DNA of 64,000 nt from Octopus vulgaris. Its lineage: Eukaryota. Of this stretch, positions 1 through 12,673 are shown in pieces. Where the stretch lies: NCBI GenBank assembly GCA_951406725.2, contig OX597818.1, forward strand, positions 80,352,001-80,416,000, in the 5' to 3' direction. Every line of letters starts with the position of its first letter. The stretch's first letter is position 1. The position numbers and the translations under genes were made by a program. The notes below the pieces were generated by a model that saw nothing but the letters and a program-made list of their open reading frames with translations, did not search any database and was not told the origin of the DNA.

Positions 1-184
1 AAATTTTTAGACCCCTTACCATAGACGAAAAGAATCGGATCACAGTGAGTTCGAATTTTGTGAATGATCACTTTGTTCGTTGACTGATCAGTGAGTAAAA
101 CTGTGGTTTTGAGTCGTTTTGACTGCTATCTTTAGCATACTAGTGCTACAAGTAGTACCCCTCAATATTTATGTACACAAGAGC

Positions 185-413
185 GGCGAGCTGGCAGAAT
201 CGTTAGCACGTCGGGCGAAATGCCTTGCGGTATTTCGTCTGGCGTTACGTTCTGAGTTCAAATTGCGCCGAGGTCGACTTTGCCTTTCATCCTTTCGGGA
301 TCGATAAATTAAGTACCAATCACGCACTGGGGTCGATGTAATCGACTTAATTCCTTTGTCTGTCCTTGTTTGTCCCCTCTATGTTTAGCCCCTTGTGGGC
401 AATAAAGAAATAA
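185..413 (+). mobile_element. tRNA-derived SINE, family A, near full length
   Basis: Head GGCGAGCTGGCAGAATCGTTAGC, box B GAGTTCAAATT, body GAGGTCGACTTTGCCTTTCATCCTTTCGGG, A-rich tail; many homologous copies in the window. Confidence 0.9.
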
Positions 414-740
414 ATATTTATGCACACACACACACATATTTATATGATATATACCTATCTAAACACACGTACAAAATATAGAGATGTAATCATATATAAA
501 CATACTCATACCTATAAACGTTCATATATACATACATAAATACATGTACGCACATATACTATCATATGTACACACGTTTGCTCATATATATGTTTGTGTG
601 TGTGTATTGTATTAATAACATTTTCCACCAAAATATTAACTTACGTTATAAGGTGAAAGTAATAAAACTGATCATGTCTGGCTAACTGTATATATGTGTG
701 CATTCATATATATGTATAAATACACACACGCACATATATA

Positions 741-792
<52 letters not shown>

Positions 793-843
793 ATAAATAC
801 ACACATACATATATACTTATAAATATTATAGCTTTTGTCAATA

Positions 844-915
<72 letters not shown>

Positions 916-1239
916 CAAATGGTTTTATTTGCCAAAAAATGAATTCTTTATCAATGTCAAAGAACTAATTAAACAAAAATATAATCAATTAAATAACAAA
1001 GAAATGAACAATGGGGATAATGAGTGCGTAGGTTCATTATTGGCAAATATGACTCTTCTTAAATACAGACAATATCCGTTTTAACATAGACAAAAAGTCT
1101 TGCCAAACACACACATATACACACATATATCATACATCACGCACACACATAATTGTCCAGGTTGTTATAGTACAAAAAACTAAAAGTGCACAATACACCC
1201 ATGTATTTGAAGTGTGTCGAGGTTGATCTACATTTGTCA

Positions 1240-1690
1240 TATCTTGTACTTGTGTCAGTCATTGGACGGCGGCCATACTCGAATATCATCTTGAGTGGTT
1301 TTAGTAGAACAAATCAACGTAGTTTGTTTCGATTATATTTTTACTACCATGTATCTTTTGTTTCAATGAATGGACTGAATCGAAGAAATTGACCCAGTAC
1401 TTTTTTGTTGATGCTTAGTATTTACTTTGTCGGTTTCTCTTGTTGAACTGCTAAGTTACAGGATATAAGCAAACCAACGCCGGTTGTCAAGCGAAGGACA
1501 AACACAGACACACAGACACATACACATATATGTATACAGACAGGCATACGACGGACTTCCACACAGTTTCCGTCTACCAAGTTCACTCACAAAATATTAG
1601 TCGACGTGGGGCTCTGATGTAAGAGACTTGCCTAAGGTACTGCACAATTGAACTGGATCCGAAACCATGTGGCTGCAAAGCTTGAACCAA
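1240..1690 (-). mobile_element. tRNA-derived SINE, family B (internal microsatellite), decayed
   Basis: Reverse-complement match to family B (TTTCCGTCTACCAA, GGTTGTCAAGCG, CAGTCATT). Confidence 0.8.
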
Positions 1691-1769
1691 TTTTCATATG
1701 TAAAGAAATTAGGATTATCTGCTGGAGTTGATGTTTCATTCTTTCAACCCGCCAGACGACAATAAAGGA

Positions 1770-2270
<501 letters not shown>

Positions 2271-2711
2271 CAGTAAATAAAGGGCGTGACAGAAAACTTC
2301 CGGTATTTTACATGGCCATTGGTGAGGTAGTAGTATAGTTAGTAAAGTGATATGATGGTGCCTTCATGTAGATAACGTTTTATCGTGTTTTCAGTTGCCA
2401 TCACGACGTGGATCGGTGTACACCGTGCCTTTTCTTTTGAAACATGAACTGCACACACTAGCATTGACCACTTCCCAGCATCCACACCATCATCCACACA
2501 CCTACACATGCACACACACCAGCCCTCATCAACACGCACACACACGCTCTCACATACACACGCACGCGCACCTTGATTTTGGGACAACCACTACTTTATT
2601 ATCTCCCTTTCTTACTAGCTCTCCTGCCTGACCACCTCTGTCCGGCCATCGCCATGATTGACCGCTAGCCACTAAAGCTTTTTTATTCTCTCTGTTTATT
2701 TTCTCGAATTC

Positions 2712-2747
2712 CTTTCTGCTGAAGAGCGTAGGCTCGAAGCGTAAAAG
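2712..2747 (+). ncRNA. degenerate minimal type I hammerhead motif (Penelope-type terminal repeat)
   Basis: CTTT-CTGCTGA-A-GAG cgtagg CTC-GAAG-CG-TA-AAAG; stems I and II pair; two core substitutions. Confidence 0.5.
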
Positions 2748-2854
2748 ACTTTTCTCACGTTCCCGAGTGTTAAACTATTACACCTGTTTGTTGTTTACAC
2801 ACCTGTGTTCGTCTTTTGTTTTTTGTAAATTTCAACTAGTGAATAGACTACGAC

Positions 2855-2947
<93 letters not shown>

Positions 2948-3583
2948 TCTTTTATTCGTTTCACTCATTTGACTGCAGCCATGCTGGAGTACTACCTTTA
3001 GTCGAACAGATCGACCCTTTGTAAGCCTAGTATTTATTCTATCAGTCTCTTTTGCTGAACCACGAGGATGTAAATACACTAACATCGGTTGTCAATGTGT
3101 TAGAAAATATCGCAAGATGCACGGTAACACACCGTTGCATCGGAGTCAAGTCTCGGTGGGTGGAAAATGTTCCTGAGAGCGCCTTGGGCGCATGTAGGAA
3201 CAAGAGACTTACATCACCCGAGGAAAGAAGTTTAGAACTATTGAGGTGAGATCGGGGACGAAAGAAGAAGCTAGATGTAATTCTGCAACCACTTTGAAGA
3301 ACGACAACTTTTTCTTAATCCCCAGCTATCGCGGTCAACGCCTTGCCAAGATAAGGGTGCTGAATGGGCCGCCAGAAATATCCATTACCTGATTAGTGGT
3401 GGCCGTCTTGGCAGGTTTAGAAGACGAAGTCACTTGTTTCCGTCTACCAAATCCACTCACAAGGCTTTGGTCGGCCCGAAGCTATACTAGAAGACACTTG
3501 TCCAGAGTGCTATGCAATAGGACTGAACCCAGAACCATGTGGTTGGTAAGCAAGCTACTTACCATAGAGCCACTCGTGTGCCT
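2948..3583 (-). mobile_element. SINE family B interrupted by a LINE ORF1 fragment
   Basis: SINE 3' half at 2948-3095 and 5' half at 3436-3583 flank foreign sequence. Confidence 0.85.
3097..3433 (+). repeat. 337-bp near-identical copy of 7560-7896 (LINE ORF1 fragment)
   Basis: Direct comparison: GT(G/T)TAGAAAATATCGCAAG through GAAGACGAA(G/A)TCAC in both places. Confidence 0.95.
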
Positions 3584-3664
3584 GTATATATATATATATA
3601 TGTAAATATGTAGGCACAGGAGTGGCTGTATGGTAAGTATATATATATATACATATATAATATT

Positions 3665-4035
3665 TTACCTTTTACTTGTTTCAGTCATTAGACTGTCATC
3701 ATGCTGGGCATAGCCTTGAAGAATTTTAGGCGAAAGAATCGACCCCAGTACTCTTTTTTTTTAAGTCTGATATCCGATCGCTTTTACGGGGACATAAACT
3801 CACTAACACCGGTTGTTAGGCGGTAGTAGGGAAAAACAAAGACACAAGGATACACACACACACACACACACATACACAATCACTCACATATATGTACGAC
3901 AGGCTCTTTCAGTTCCGTCCACCAAATCCAATCTTTGGTCGAAGACACTCACCCAAGGTGGCACGCAGTGAGGCTGAACCCAGGACTATATAGTTGGGAA
4001 GTAAGCTTCTTACCACACTGTCACATCTGCACCTG
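3665..4035 (-). mobile_element. SINE family B
   Basis: TTTTACTTGTTTCAGTCATT tail and reverse tRNA head CTTCTTACCACAC. Confidence 0.8.
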
Positions 4036-4879
4036 TATATACCGCTTTTTTTTTACCACTGATATAACCTTGGAGCCTTCGCGCTGACTCCTACGCAAAG
4101 CCTCATTGTAAAAGAAACAGATTTTTAACCCGCACAGAAGGTCATATATTTAGTAGTGCTAAATTAAGTATTTTGCAAAATGAAAGAAAGAAAAAAAAAA
4201 ACCAAAACCAAAAACAAAATAATTTTCTTAAAATCCAGTCAGCTACATGATATTTAATGGAAGAATATAGAATTCCATTTGCCAAAGAATTATTAGAAAA
4301 ACTACAAAGAGAGAAAATCCATTGTGACATATTGACGCCTCTTCAATTTCCTTTTTTTAATACACAGATATTGTAGACAGATTTTGCTAATAATGTAGGT
4401 TATGTCAAAAACTACAGACGAGAAAAGCTGGAAAACTAAACAAGATTATTAAAGAAAAAAATATTTATTAAAGCTGAACTCTAAAAATCTCTTACTAATC
4501 TAGAATGTATAGAATGCTTGTTAAGGAAAAGAAAGAAGCCTGGTTGAACAATTAGTGTAAACAGCATTTTTATAGCTTTGTATTAATAACATTTTCCACC
4601 AAAATATTAACTTACGTTATAAGGTGAAGGTAATAAAACTGATCATGTCTGGCTAACAGTATATATGTGTGCATTCATATATATTTTACATGATGTACTT
4701 TTTTTTACTGTTTTAATAGTTTTAATCATAGGATACTATATTCAGCAGTTTAGGTTTTCGTATTGGCTCTGGTACTTATTTTATCGATCTCTCTTTATCG
4801 GAGATGGGGCGCTAATTTAACGTTTTTTTTTTATTTAGAGTAGGCGTCAGCAAACTTCTTCTATCATTGATAGCTTATC

Positions 4880-5240
4880 GACCCCCATCATGGGAAATTC
4901 TAAAAATGAATGAAAAACTGTTAATTAAAAATAAAAATTTAAAAAATTCTCGATTTAAATGCAATTATTCATTCGCTCCTCCAAATTCCACATATATATA
5001 TATTTTTTGTCATTACTGCTTTTTAAGAAATAATTTCAAGAAATTTAATGAAAATACTTAACGAAATTCATAAAGAACAATAAAAATACTCAGTGATATT
5101 AATACATTGCTATAGTCTGAATATTTAATGTGAAATACGGATTTGGTGACTACTAGTTATTTGTATTGATATTTGGTTAGAAATGAATGAGTTTTAGCTT
5201 TAAATTACAGCACACTTAAGGATTCAGTCCGCTATTAATT
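4880..5240. repeat. AT-rich interspersed repeat, second copy at ~51560-51870
   Basis: Shared CTCGATTTAAA.GCAAT.ATTC and AAGAAATTTAATGAAAATACTTAAC blocks. Confidence 0.7.
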
Positions 5241-5660
5241 TAATACCCTGAATGATAAAATATCATTTTCGGTGTTTACCGGCTCCTTAAATAGCCAGAT
5301 AGACGCCCAAAGATTAATATTGACAACTTTGCCAAAACCTGTTTTACAGAAGCATGAAACAGATTTACACCGGTAACAGCCCCCCCCACACACACACATT
5401 TTGTTATACAATGCACTGCACATTCACTAATCAGACAATCTAGGCCAGAGCTTTTGAAAATTTCAAATTGATGACACATTTTAAAAATGCTATTTTTCAT
5501 GACATAAAAAGTTTCGTTGGCAACTATCATATCATGTTTAATTATGAACGGAGTTGTCACATTACAAACGTTACATGAGCCAGCTGATACTGAGGTTGGT
5601 GTCAAACGAGTGTATCATGCTCTGAAGTAGTGGCTGAGGTCACTAGCTCCCACATACATA

Positions 5661-6180
5661 CCGTAAATCCTCGAGTATAGTCCACCCTTGAGTATAATAC
5701 GCATGGAATTTTTAGGGGGCTGTACCTCTGAAAAATCTAAACCTTGTGTATAATACGCACCCCTTCTCTAACTTCAGTCAAGGAGGTCTATATAACGTCC
5801 TTGGTTTGTAAAAATGTATACGCTAACGTCTTTTATTATTATTGTATATATAACATAATGCAAACGTGTAGCTTTTTTGTGCATTTTGTTTGCAGAAAAT
5901 AAAGAAATAACAGTAATAACAGTAATAACGTTTAATAAATGTTGCTTACTGCAAGTTATGGATGATTCTTTTATGACTTCATTGCTTTCAGGCTTAGCTT
6001 AAGGTATTTTCACACCCGACATCACAAAATTCGTCAGAATAAACATTGCCGGACAGCAAATAGAGACTCGGACATTGCTTAGAAAATAATTTAAATTTTT
6101 AACCTCGTATATAGTACTCACTAGGGATTTTGACCTTTAAATTTTGGGAAGAAATGCGGATTATACTCGAGGATTTACGG
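5661..6180. mobile_element. Tc1/mariner-superfamily (Tc2-like) MITE
   Basis: TIRs CCGTAAATCCTCGAGTATA / TATACTCGAGGATTTACGG, TA on both flanks, subterminal GAGTATA repeats, no ORF. Confidence 0.9.
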
Positions 6181-6219
6181 TATGCATATACATACGTAAT
6201 ACATACACACACACACACA

Positions 6220-6275
<56 letters not shown>

Positions 6276-6589
6276 TACATACATACATACATACATACAT
6301 ACATACATACATACATACACAACTACATGCATGAGAATAGATATATAAAACAAAACACAAATCTGCACATATACATCTATACATACAATATATATGTAGT
6401 TGAAATTCCAATGAAGGAGCCTTGGATCTAGATTAGAAACCGGCTTCTTCTCTATTGGCAATAAGTCACGAAATAAAACTGAATAATGACATACATACGC
6501 ACACACATATTTAAGAAAAAATGAATACGAATGGTTTTTCTGGTATTTTTTCTGATATTTTTTCCACTTTAATAATTAAAATAATAAAT

Positions 6590-6842
6590 AAATGCGCCCT
6601 TTTAAAGCCTAGCCAGGCTCATGGGCCCGGTTTCTCAGTTTCAATGGCGTATGTGTTCCCCAGCTAGACAGGACGCCAGTCCATCGCAGCGTTACTCATT
6701 TTTGCCAGCTGAGTGGACTGGAGCAACGGGAAATGAAGTGTTTTGCGCAAGAACACAACGCGTCACCCAGTCCAGGAATCGAAACCACAATCTTACGATC
6801 ATGATGCAGACACCCTAACCACTAAGCCACGCGCCTCCACAC
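6590..6842 (-). mobile_element. tRNA-derived SINE, family C with V-domain-like core
   Basis: Minus strand GTGGAGGCGCGTGGCTTAGTGGTTAGGG..GTTTCGATTCC and GCGATGGACTGGCGTCC; near-identical copy at 33102-33343. Confidence 0.88.
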
Positions 6843-7188
6843 TAATAATTTGTTGTTTAAAAATCATTTGATATCTAATGATTTGTAGACATCTAATCAT
6901 TTAAGTGGAAAAAAATTATCAGAATAGCCATTCCTATTAATTTTTTTTCCGAATATATATGGTGCTCCGTAAGTTGAAAAAATGTTTGTAATCTTTTCGG
7001 CCTTTTAAAGCCCCATTTTTTTCATTTCTGTTATTACCATTACATTTCTGAGAATGTATGGACTGCGCAGATAGTGGTTTTGTGTAAAAACACCCCTTGT
7101 TTTGCAGGAGGTGAGCTTCAATAATTTTAAAATTTTAACTGCTTTCGGCAAAAACAAATATTTTGCTATTTTCTGTAATTATTTAAAG

Positions 7189-7386
7189 ATGGCTGATAAA
7201 GAAGCCATCATAATGTTCAACAAAGGAACGCGCTACTTGTCGGAAAAAATTGAGAACGTGTAAATAATCGAGAATATATGGATATCGAGTGGCCTAAGCT
7301 TCATGACGTCACCGAGGCGAGAAATATTTCGTTTTTAAGCAACGTCAAAACTTTCGGTATCGACAACAGCAACAGTAGCAGCAATG

Positions 7387-7422
<36 letters not shown>

Positions 7423-8370
7423 ACAATAATAACGCCTCTGCGTCTTTTGCATCAGCGGCAGGAAATATGGAGAGTTACCACATAGATGAAGAATTAAAAC
7501 TGGCAAGAAAAATTGTAAAAAGAAATGAGAGAAGGGTAGCTCTAAACCCTCCATCCGACGTGGTAGAAAATATCGCAAGATGCACGGTAACACACCGTTG
7601 CCTCGGAGTCAAGTCTCGGCGGGTGGAAAATGCTCCTGAGAGCGCCTTGGGCGCATGTAGGAACAAGAGACTTACATCACCCGAGGAAAGAAGTTTGAAA
7701 CTATTGAGGTGAGATCTGGGACGAAAGAAGAAGCTAGATGTAATTCTGCAACCACTTTGAGGAACGACAACTTTTTCTTAATCCCCAGCTATCGCGGTCA
7801 ACGCCTTGTCAAGATAAGGGTGCTGAATGGGCCGCCAGAAATATCCATTACCTGATTAGTGGTGGCCGTCTTGGCAGGTTTAGAAGACGAAATCACAGTG
7901 TTGGAGGTCAAGAAACTACCTAAGCAAAATTGGTTAGGTATAGGTATGGAACTGATCTTGCAATGCAAGCAGGATCATATCGACCAGCTACCCGATCTAA
8001 TCGATCTACTGGATGGTACTCACCTGTTGGTGTTAGTGGAGAGTAGAAGGCCAAGATGCCACACATGTGGATCTGTAAATCACTTAAAGGCTTTCTTCCC
8101 TGAAACAAGGAAAAATAAAGTCCCACTACTGCTAACATTACAAACACCACAAGTGCAAAATCATAAACAAGTGCTCCAAAGTCCTACACCTACTCCCACA
8201 CCCACGCTCACACCCACTCCCAAACCAAGAAAAAGAAAGAGTCTACCTCCGGTTGCCACGGAAAAGCAAGCTTCTCCTGAATGCTCTTCCTCCCAAACCA
8301 ACATCAACTGCAATGACATGGAGAAGGAAGAGCTGAACGATCAATGGATCACAGTAATCGACCAGAATAT
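7189..8370 (+). pseudogene. LINE ORF1 (gag-like, zinc knuckle) remnant, frameshifted
   Basis: RRPRCHTCGSVNHLKAFFP is a Cx2Cx4Hx4(C>F) knuckle followed by a Pro/Thr/Lys-rich tail; frameshifts and stops; no ORF2. Confidence 0.75.
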
Positions 8371-8684
8371 CGCTGGTCATAATGCATTTGTTCGGATTAT
8401 TGTAGCTTTCGAATGATGTTGCTCCACTGGTTAGGCGGGTAGGCCAACATTACCCCAAGAACGAAACACCAGTTCCTTGCAGAGTTACCCATTCACAGCT
8501 GAATGGTCTGGAGCAACATGAAGTGAAGTGTTTTGTTCAAGAACACAACACACTGCCGGTCTGAGAAAGAAAATCACGATCTTGCAAGCCTGACATAACA
8601 TATATTCCATTCTTTCGAATCTGAAGTGTATAACCACAAAATGATCAACAAATAATAAACAACAGGTTATAATATACAGAACTG

Positions 8685-8980
8685 GCTTAGTGGTTGGGGT
8701 ATACGACTCACGATCGTATGGTTGTGATTTCGATTACTGGCGAAGCGTTGTGCCCTTGAGCAAGACACTTTATTTCACGTTGCTTCAGTCAACTCAGTTA
8801 GCAAAATTAGTTGTACCTATGTTACAATGGGCCAACCTTGTCACACTTTGTGTCACATTGAATCTTTCTGAGAACTACGTTAAGACTACGCTCAGCCATT
8901 TACATGTTGATTTCACGAGCAGGCTGTTCCCTTGACCGGATCAACTGGTACCCTCGTCGTCGTAACCGATGGAGTGCCAG
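8685..8980 (+). mobile_element. SINE family C, head H1 plus tail T2
   Basis: TGGCTTAGTGGTTGGGG..TTCGATT..CCTTGAGCAAGACACTTTATTTCACGTTGC; tail shared with 31690-31810. Confidence 0.75.
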
Positions 8981-9311
8981 CTTCTTCTTCTTCTTCTTCT
9001 TCTTCTTCTTCTTCTTCTTCTTCTTCTTCTTCTTCTTCTTCTTCTTCTTCTTCTTCTTCTTCTTCTTCTTCTTCTTCTTCTTCTTCTTCTTCTTCTTCTT
9101 GTTCTCGTTCTTGTTCTTCTTGTTCTTGTTCTTCTTCTTGTTCTTGTTCTTGTTCTTGTTCTTGTTCTTGTTCTTGTTCTTGTTCTTCTTCTTCTTCTTC
9201 TCCTTCTTCTTCTTCTTCTTCTTCTTCTTCTTCTTCTTCTTCTTCTTCTTCTTCTTCTTCTTCTTCTTCTTCTTCTTCTTCTTCTTCTTCTTCTTCTTCT
9301 TCTTCATCTTC

Positions 9312-9385
<74 letters not shown>

Positions 9386-9386
9386 C
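8981..9386. repeat. compound (TTC)n/(TTGTTC)n then (TTA)n(TAA)n microsatellite
   Basis: Directly visible. Confidence 0.98.
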
Positions 9387-9740
9387 TATATGATAAATAT
9401 ATGAAATAAGGCTAAAGCAACTCATGAAACAAATATACACGGAGAAACTTTTCTCGCGTTGAGACAAGACTTGTTTCTGCAAACCAATTTTGCAACTTCT
9501 TTCGTCTGCTAGCTTCAGCAAAAGAAGCTGAATACTTAATCACAAGGGCAGTAATAATTGTTGGGTACTAAGTCACGAGAGGCAATAGTAATTGCTGGAT
9601 ACTGAATGGCAAGCAGAACCTGGCTCATATTTGACCACCCTACCGATCAAGAGGGGAATCAGACTATATGAACTATATGTCGGACTATATAAATCGGACT
9701 ATAACTTCTTTGTTAACAATTTCCGAATAGTTTCCAAGGT

Positions 9741-9925
9741 GGGCGAAATGCTTAGCGGTATTTCGTCTGTCTATACGTTCTGAGTTCATATTCCGCCGAG
9801 GTCGACTTTGCCTTTCATCCTTTCGGGGTCGACAAATTAAATACCAGTTGCGTGCAGGGGTCGATCTAATCGACTGATCGCCTCCCCAGAAATTTCAAGC
9901 CTTGTGCCTAGAGTAGAAAAGAATA
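9741..9925 (+). mobile_element. SINE family A, 5' truncated
   Basis: GAAATGCTTAGCGGTATTTCGTCTG..GAGGTCGACTTTGCCTTTCATCC. Confidence 0.85.
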
Positions 9926-10469
9926 TCCGAATAATTTCCGTCGAGTGAAGTTCACTCAACGCTTTGATCAACCTAAGACTATAGTAAAATTCCCTTGTCC
10001 AAGTACTGCAAAGTTAAATTGAACCTAGAATCACGTTGCTAAGGGAACTTCCTAAACAGATGGTTAGGCAAACGCTCAAGTTGAGATGTTCTCAGTTTAT
10101 ATTTTAAAAATTTATCAACAAAATACGCAAGACTATTTTATGACCATTCGTCGTCTTATAAAATTTGTTACAAGATGAAAACGAGAAGAAAATGGTATAT
10201 TCTTAGTGTTCTATTTCATGTTGTAATCGTAGTACGACCGATATCTTTCGAGCCAATGAGAGATCCTACATGTGGTCATTCGATCAGTTAGAAATAGCAG
10301 TGAAATCTTACTCAAGTTAGATCTTAAGTTCCGAAACGGGAAAATAAAGAAGGTTGGATAATTTGAGCAATGTAGTCCACTTGTAACGATACCCGGAATA
10401 ATGATTGACGAGTGTTTCGACACAGTTTGGGACAAAAAGGTAGAGAGCATTAGCTAAGGACGGAAAGTC

Positions 10470-10491
10470 AAAGAAAGAGAGAGAGAGAGGA

Positions 10492-10522
<31 letters not shown>

Positions 10523-10874
10523 AAGAGAGGGGGGAAGGAGAGATAGGCTAGTGCTGTTAGAGACAGTCAGAGTTAGGAAGGTAGAGAGACAAAGTTAGAT
10601 TCAGATATTCATAGAAACAGAATCAGAGAAGACGGACATAACACACACACACACACACACACACAGTCAGTCAAAGAAAGACAGAAAAAAGAGACACAGT
10701 TAAAGACAGAGAAGCACACATACACACACACACACAATGAGAGAAAGAAAGAGAGAAGCTGTTACGAAGAGAGATATAGAGAGAAAGAGAGAGGTATAAC
10801 AGCGAGAGATAGAACGATAGAAGAGACAAAGGTATAGAGAGACATAATCTATAACGAAAATACAAAGAAAAAGG

Positions 10875-10927
<53 letters not shown>

Positions 10928-11066
10928 CTACAGAGATGTACAACTGGAGACAGATAAATAAAGATAGAAAGAGACAGTGGAAGACAGAGAGAAAGAGACA
11001 GAGACAGACGGTGGTATTGAGAGAAACAACCGGAGGCAAAGATATGAAGAGATAGAAAGACACAGG

Positions 11067-11100
<34 letters not shown>

Positions 11101-11615
11101 GAGAGAGCGAAAGAGAGAGAGAGAAACAGACATAATTGAAAACAAAGATACAAAGAGATTGAGGGGTAGTTAGAGGAAGAGAGAGAGAGAGAGAGAAAGA
11201 GCTAGCTAGCTAGCTAGATAGATAGAGAGGTAGTTAGAGGAGAGAGAGAGAGAGAAAGAGCTAGCTAGCTAGATAGATAGATAGAGAGAGAGAGAGAGAG
11301 GGTGAGAGAGTGTGAGAGAGTGTGTGAGAGAGAGGGTGAGAGAGTGTGAGAGAGAGTGTGTGTGAGAGAGAGTGAGAAAGAGAATGAGAGAGAGAAAGAG
11401 AGAGGGAGAGAGAAAGGGAGAGGGAGGAGAGAGACAGACAGATCGACAACAAGACATAATTGAAGACAAAGATTCAAAGAAATTGAAAGGTAGTGAGAGG
11501 CAAAGAGAGGGAGAAAGAGAGAGAGTGTGAAAGAGCGATTACTAGATAAATAGAAAGAGAGAGAGAGAGAGAGCGAGAGAAAGAGAGAGAGATTTCTACA
11601 ACGTGACAAAGACAG
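10470..11615. repeat. (GA)n-rich low-complexity region with internal duplications
   Basis: GA/GACA tracts; ACATAATTGAA.ACAAAGAT and GGTAGTTAGAGG..GCTAGCTAGCTAGATAG each occur twice. Confidence 0.9.
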
Positions 11616-11804
11616 AAATACTTGCGAAAGAAGTCCAGTCGATTATATCGACCTTTCCATTTGATTAATGCGATATTTTATCGATTTCGGAAGCAAGAAA
11701 AGCAAAGTCCACTTTTCTTGGATATGAAGTCATAACGCTGAAAGGACGTAACTAAATACATCAAAGCATTTTATCTTGACTCAACAGATTCTGTCATCCA
11801 CAGC

Positions 11805-11888
<84 letters not shown>

Positions 11889-11891
11889 GTT

Positions 11892-12430
11892 ATAATTCAG
11901 AGTAACCGACCAGATATTGTGAAAAATCATGCTGAAAAGACCTGGCTTTTGATGGCTGTTGCATCCTCAGCTGACAAAAACACATTTCTTAAAACATTTG
12001 AGAAACTGAGCAAATATAAGGACCTGAAGAAGGTAGAAATCAGAAGAATGTGGCATCTTAAAGCAGTAAAATTACCTGTTGTGATTGGGGCACATGAAAT
12101 TATATTAAGAGGAGCGAGCAAACAAATATGTGAACAATTTCTGGCTACCCAAAATATGTCAACTGCAAAAGATCGTTCCTATAGGTACCTCACATATTTT
12201 ACGTGAATTCCTCTCCATATAAATGCATTTTTATTCATTCAGTTTTATAACAAGATTTATAAAAATATGTTTTTTTTTACACAGGCATCAGTTTTTTTTC
12301 AGTTGCATGGCATTTCGCCAGTTAGCATCTGTTAGCACCGCATTTTTTAGCACCTTTAGAAGCAAAATCATGTTCTTTGACGCGTCTTGAGACTTGGATG
12401 CAGCTCTTACCATTTAAAGTAAAGGCAAAA
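11892..12430 (+). mobile_element. R4/Dong-type LINE 3' fragment (restriction-like endonuclease)
   Basis: NRPDIV..EKLSKYKDL..EIRRMWHLKAVKLPVVIGA matches the RLE PD..D C-terminus; directly follows a (TAA)n tract. Confidence 0.8.
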
Positions 12431-12673
12431 CAAGAAAATTGCAGCAAAGCTGCGTGATAGTGGTGTCAGATGTGGCATGGAGATCATCATATAAATTGTT
12501 TTTTTCTTCGCTTCCGTTTTACGAATTCAGTGTGTACATGTGCATTGCGTGTTCATACTTCTCTTTCAGGTTCCTACTCAAAATTGTTGACAGAGCACAA
12601 CCACCTCACGAACCTGCGTTCGTGAGCAGCGCTTCGCGTTCCGATGGGTGTGAAATAATTCTTTCTGCTGCAG

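Noticed and set aside
8900-9409. Long poly-K/F/S/L ORFs
   Set aside because: Translations of the TTC/TTA microsatellite
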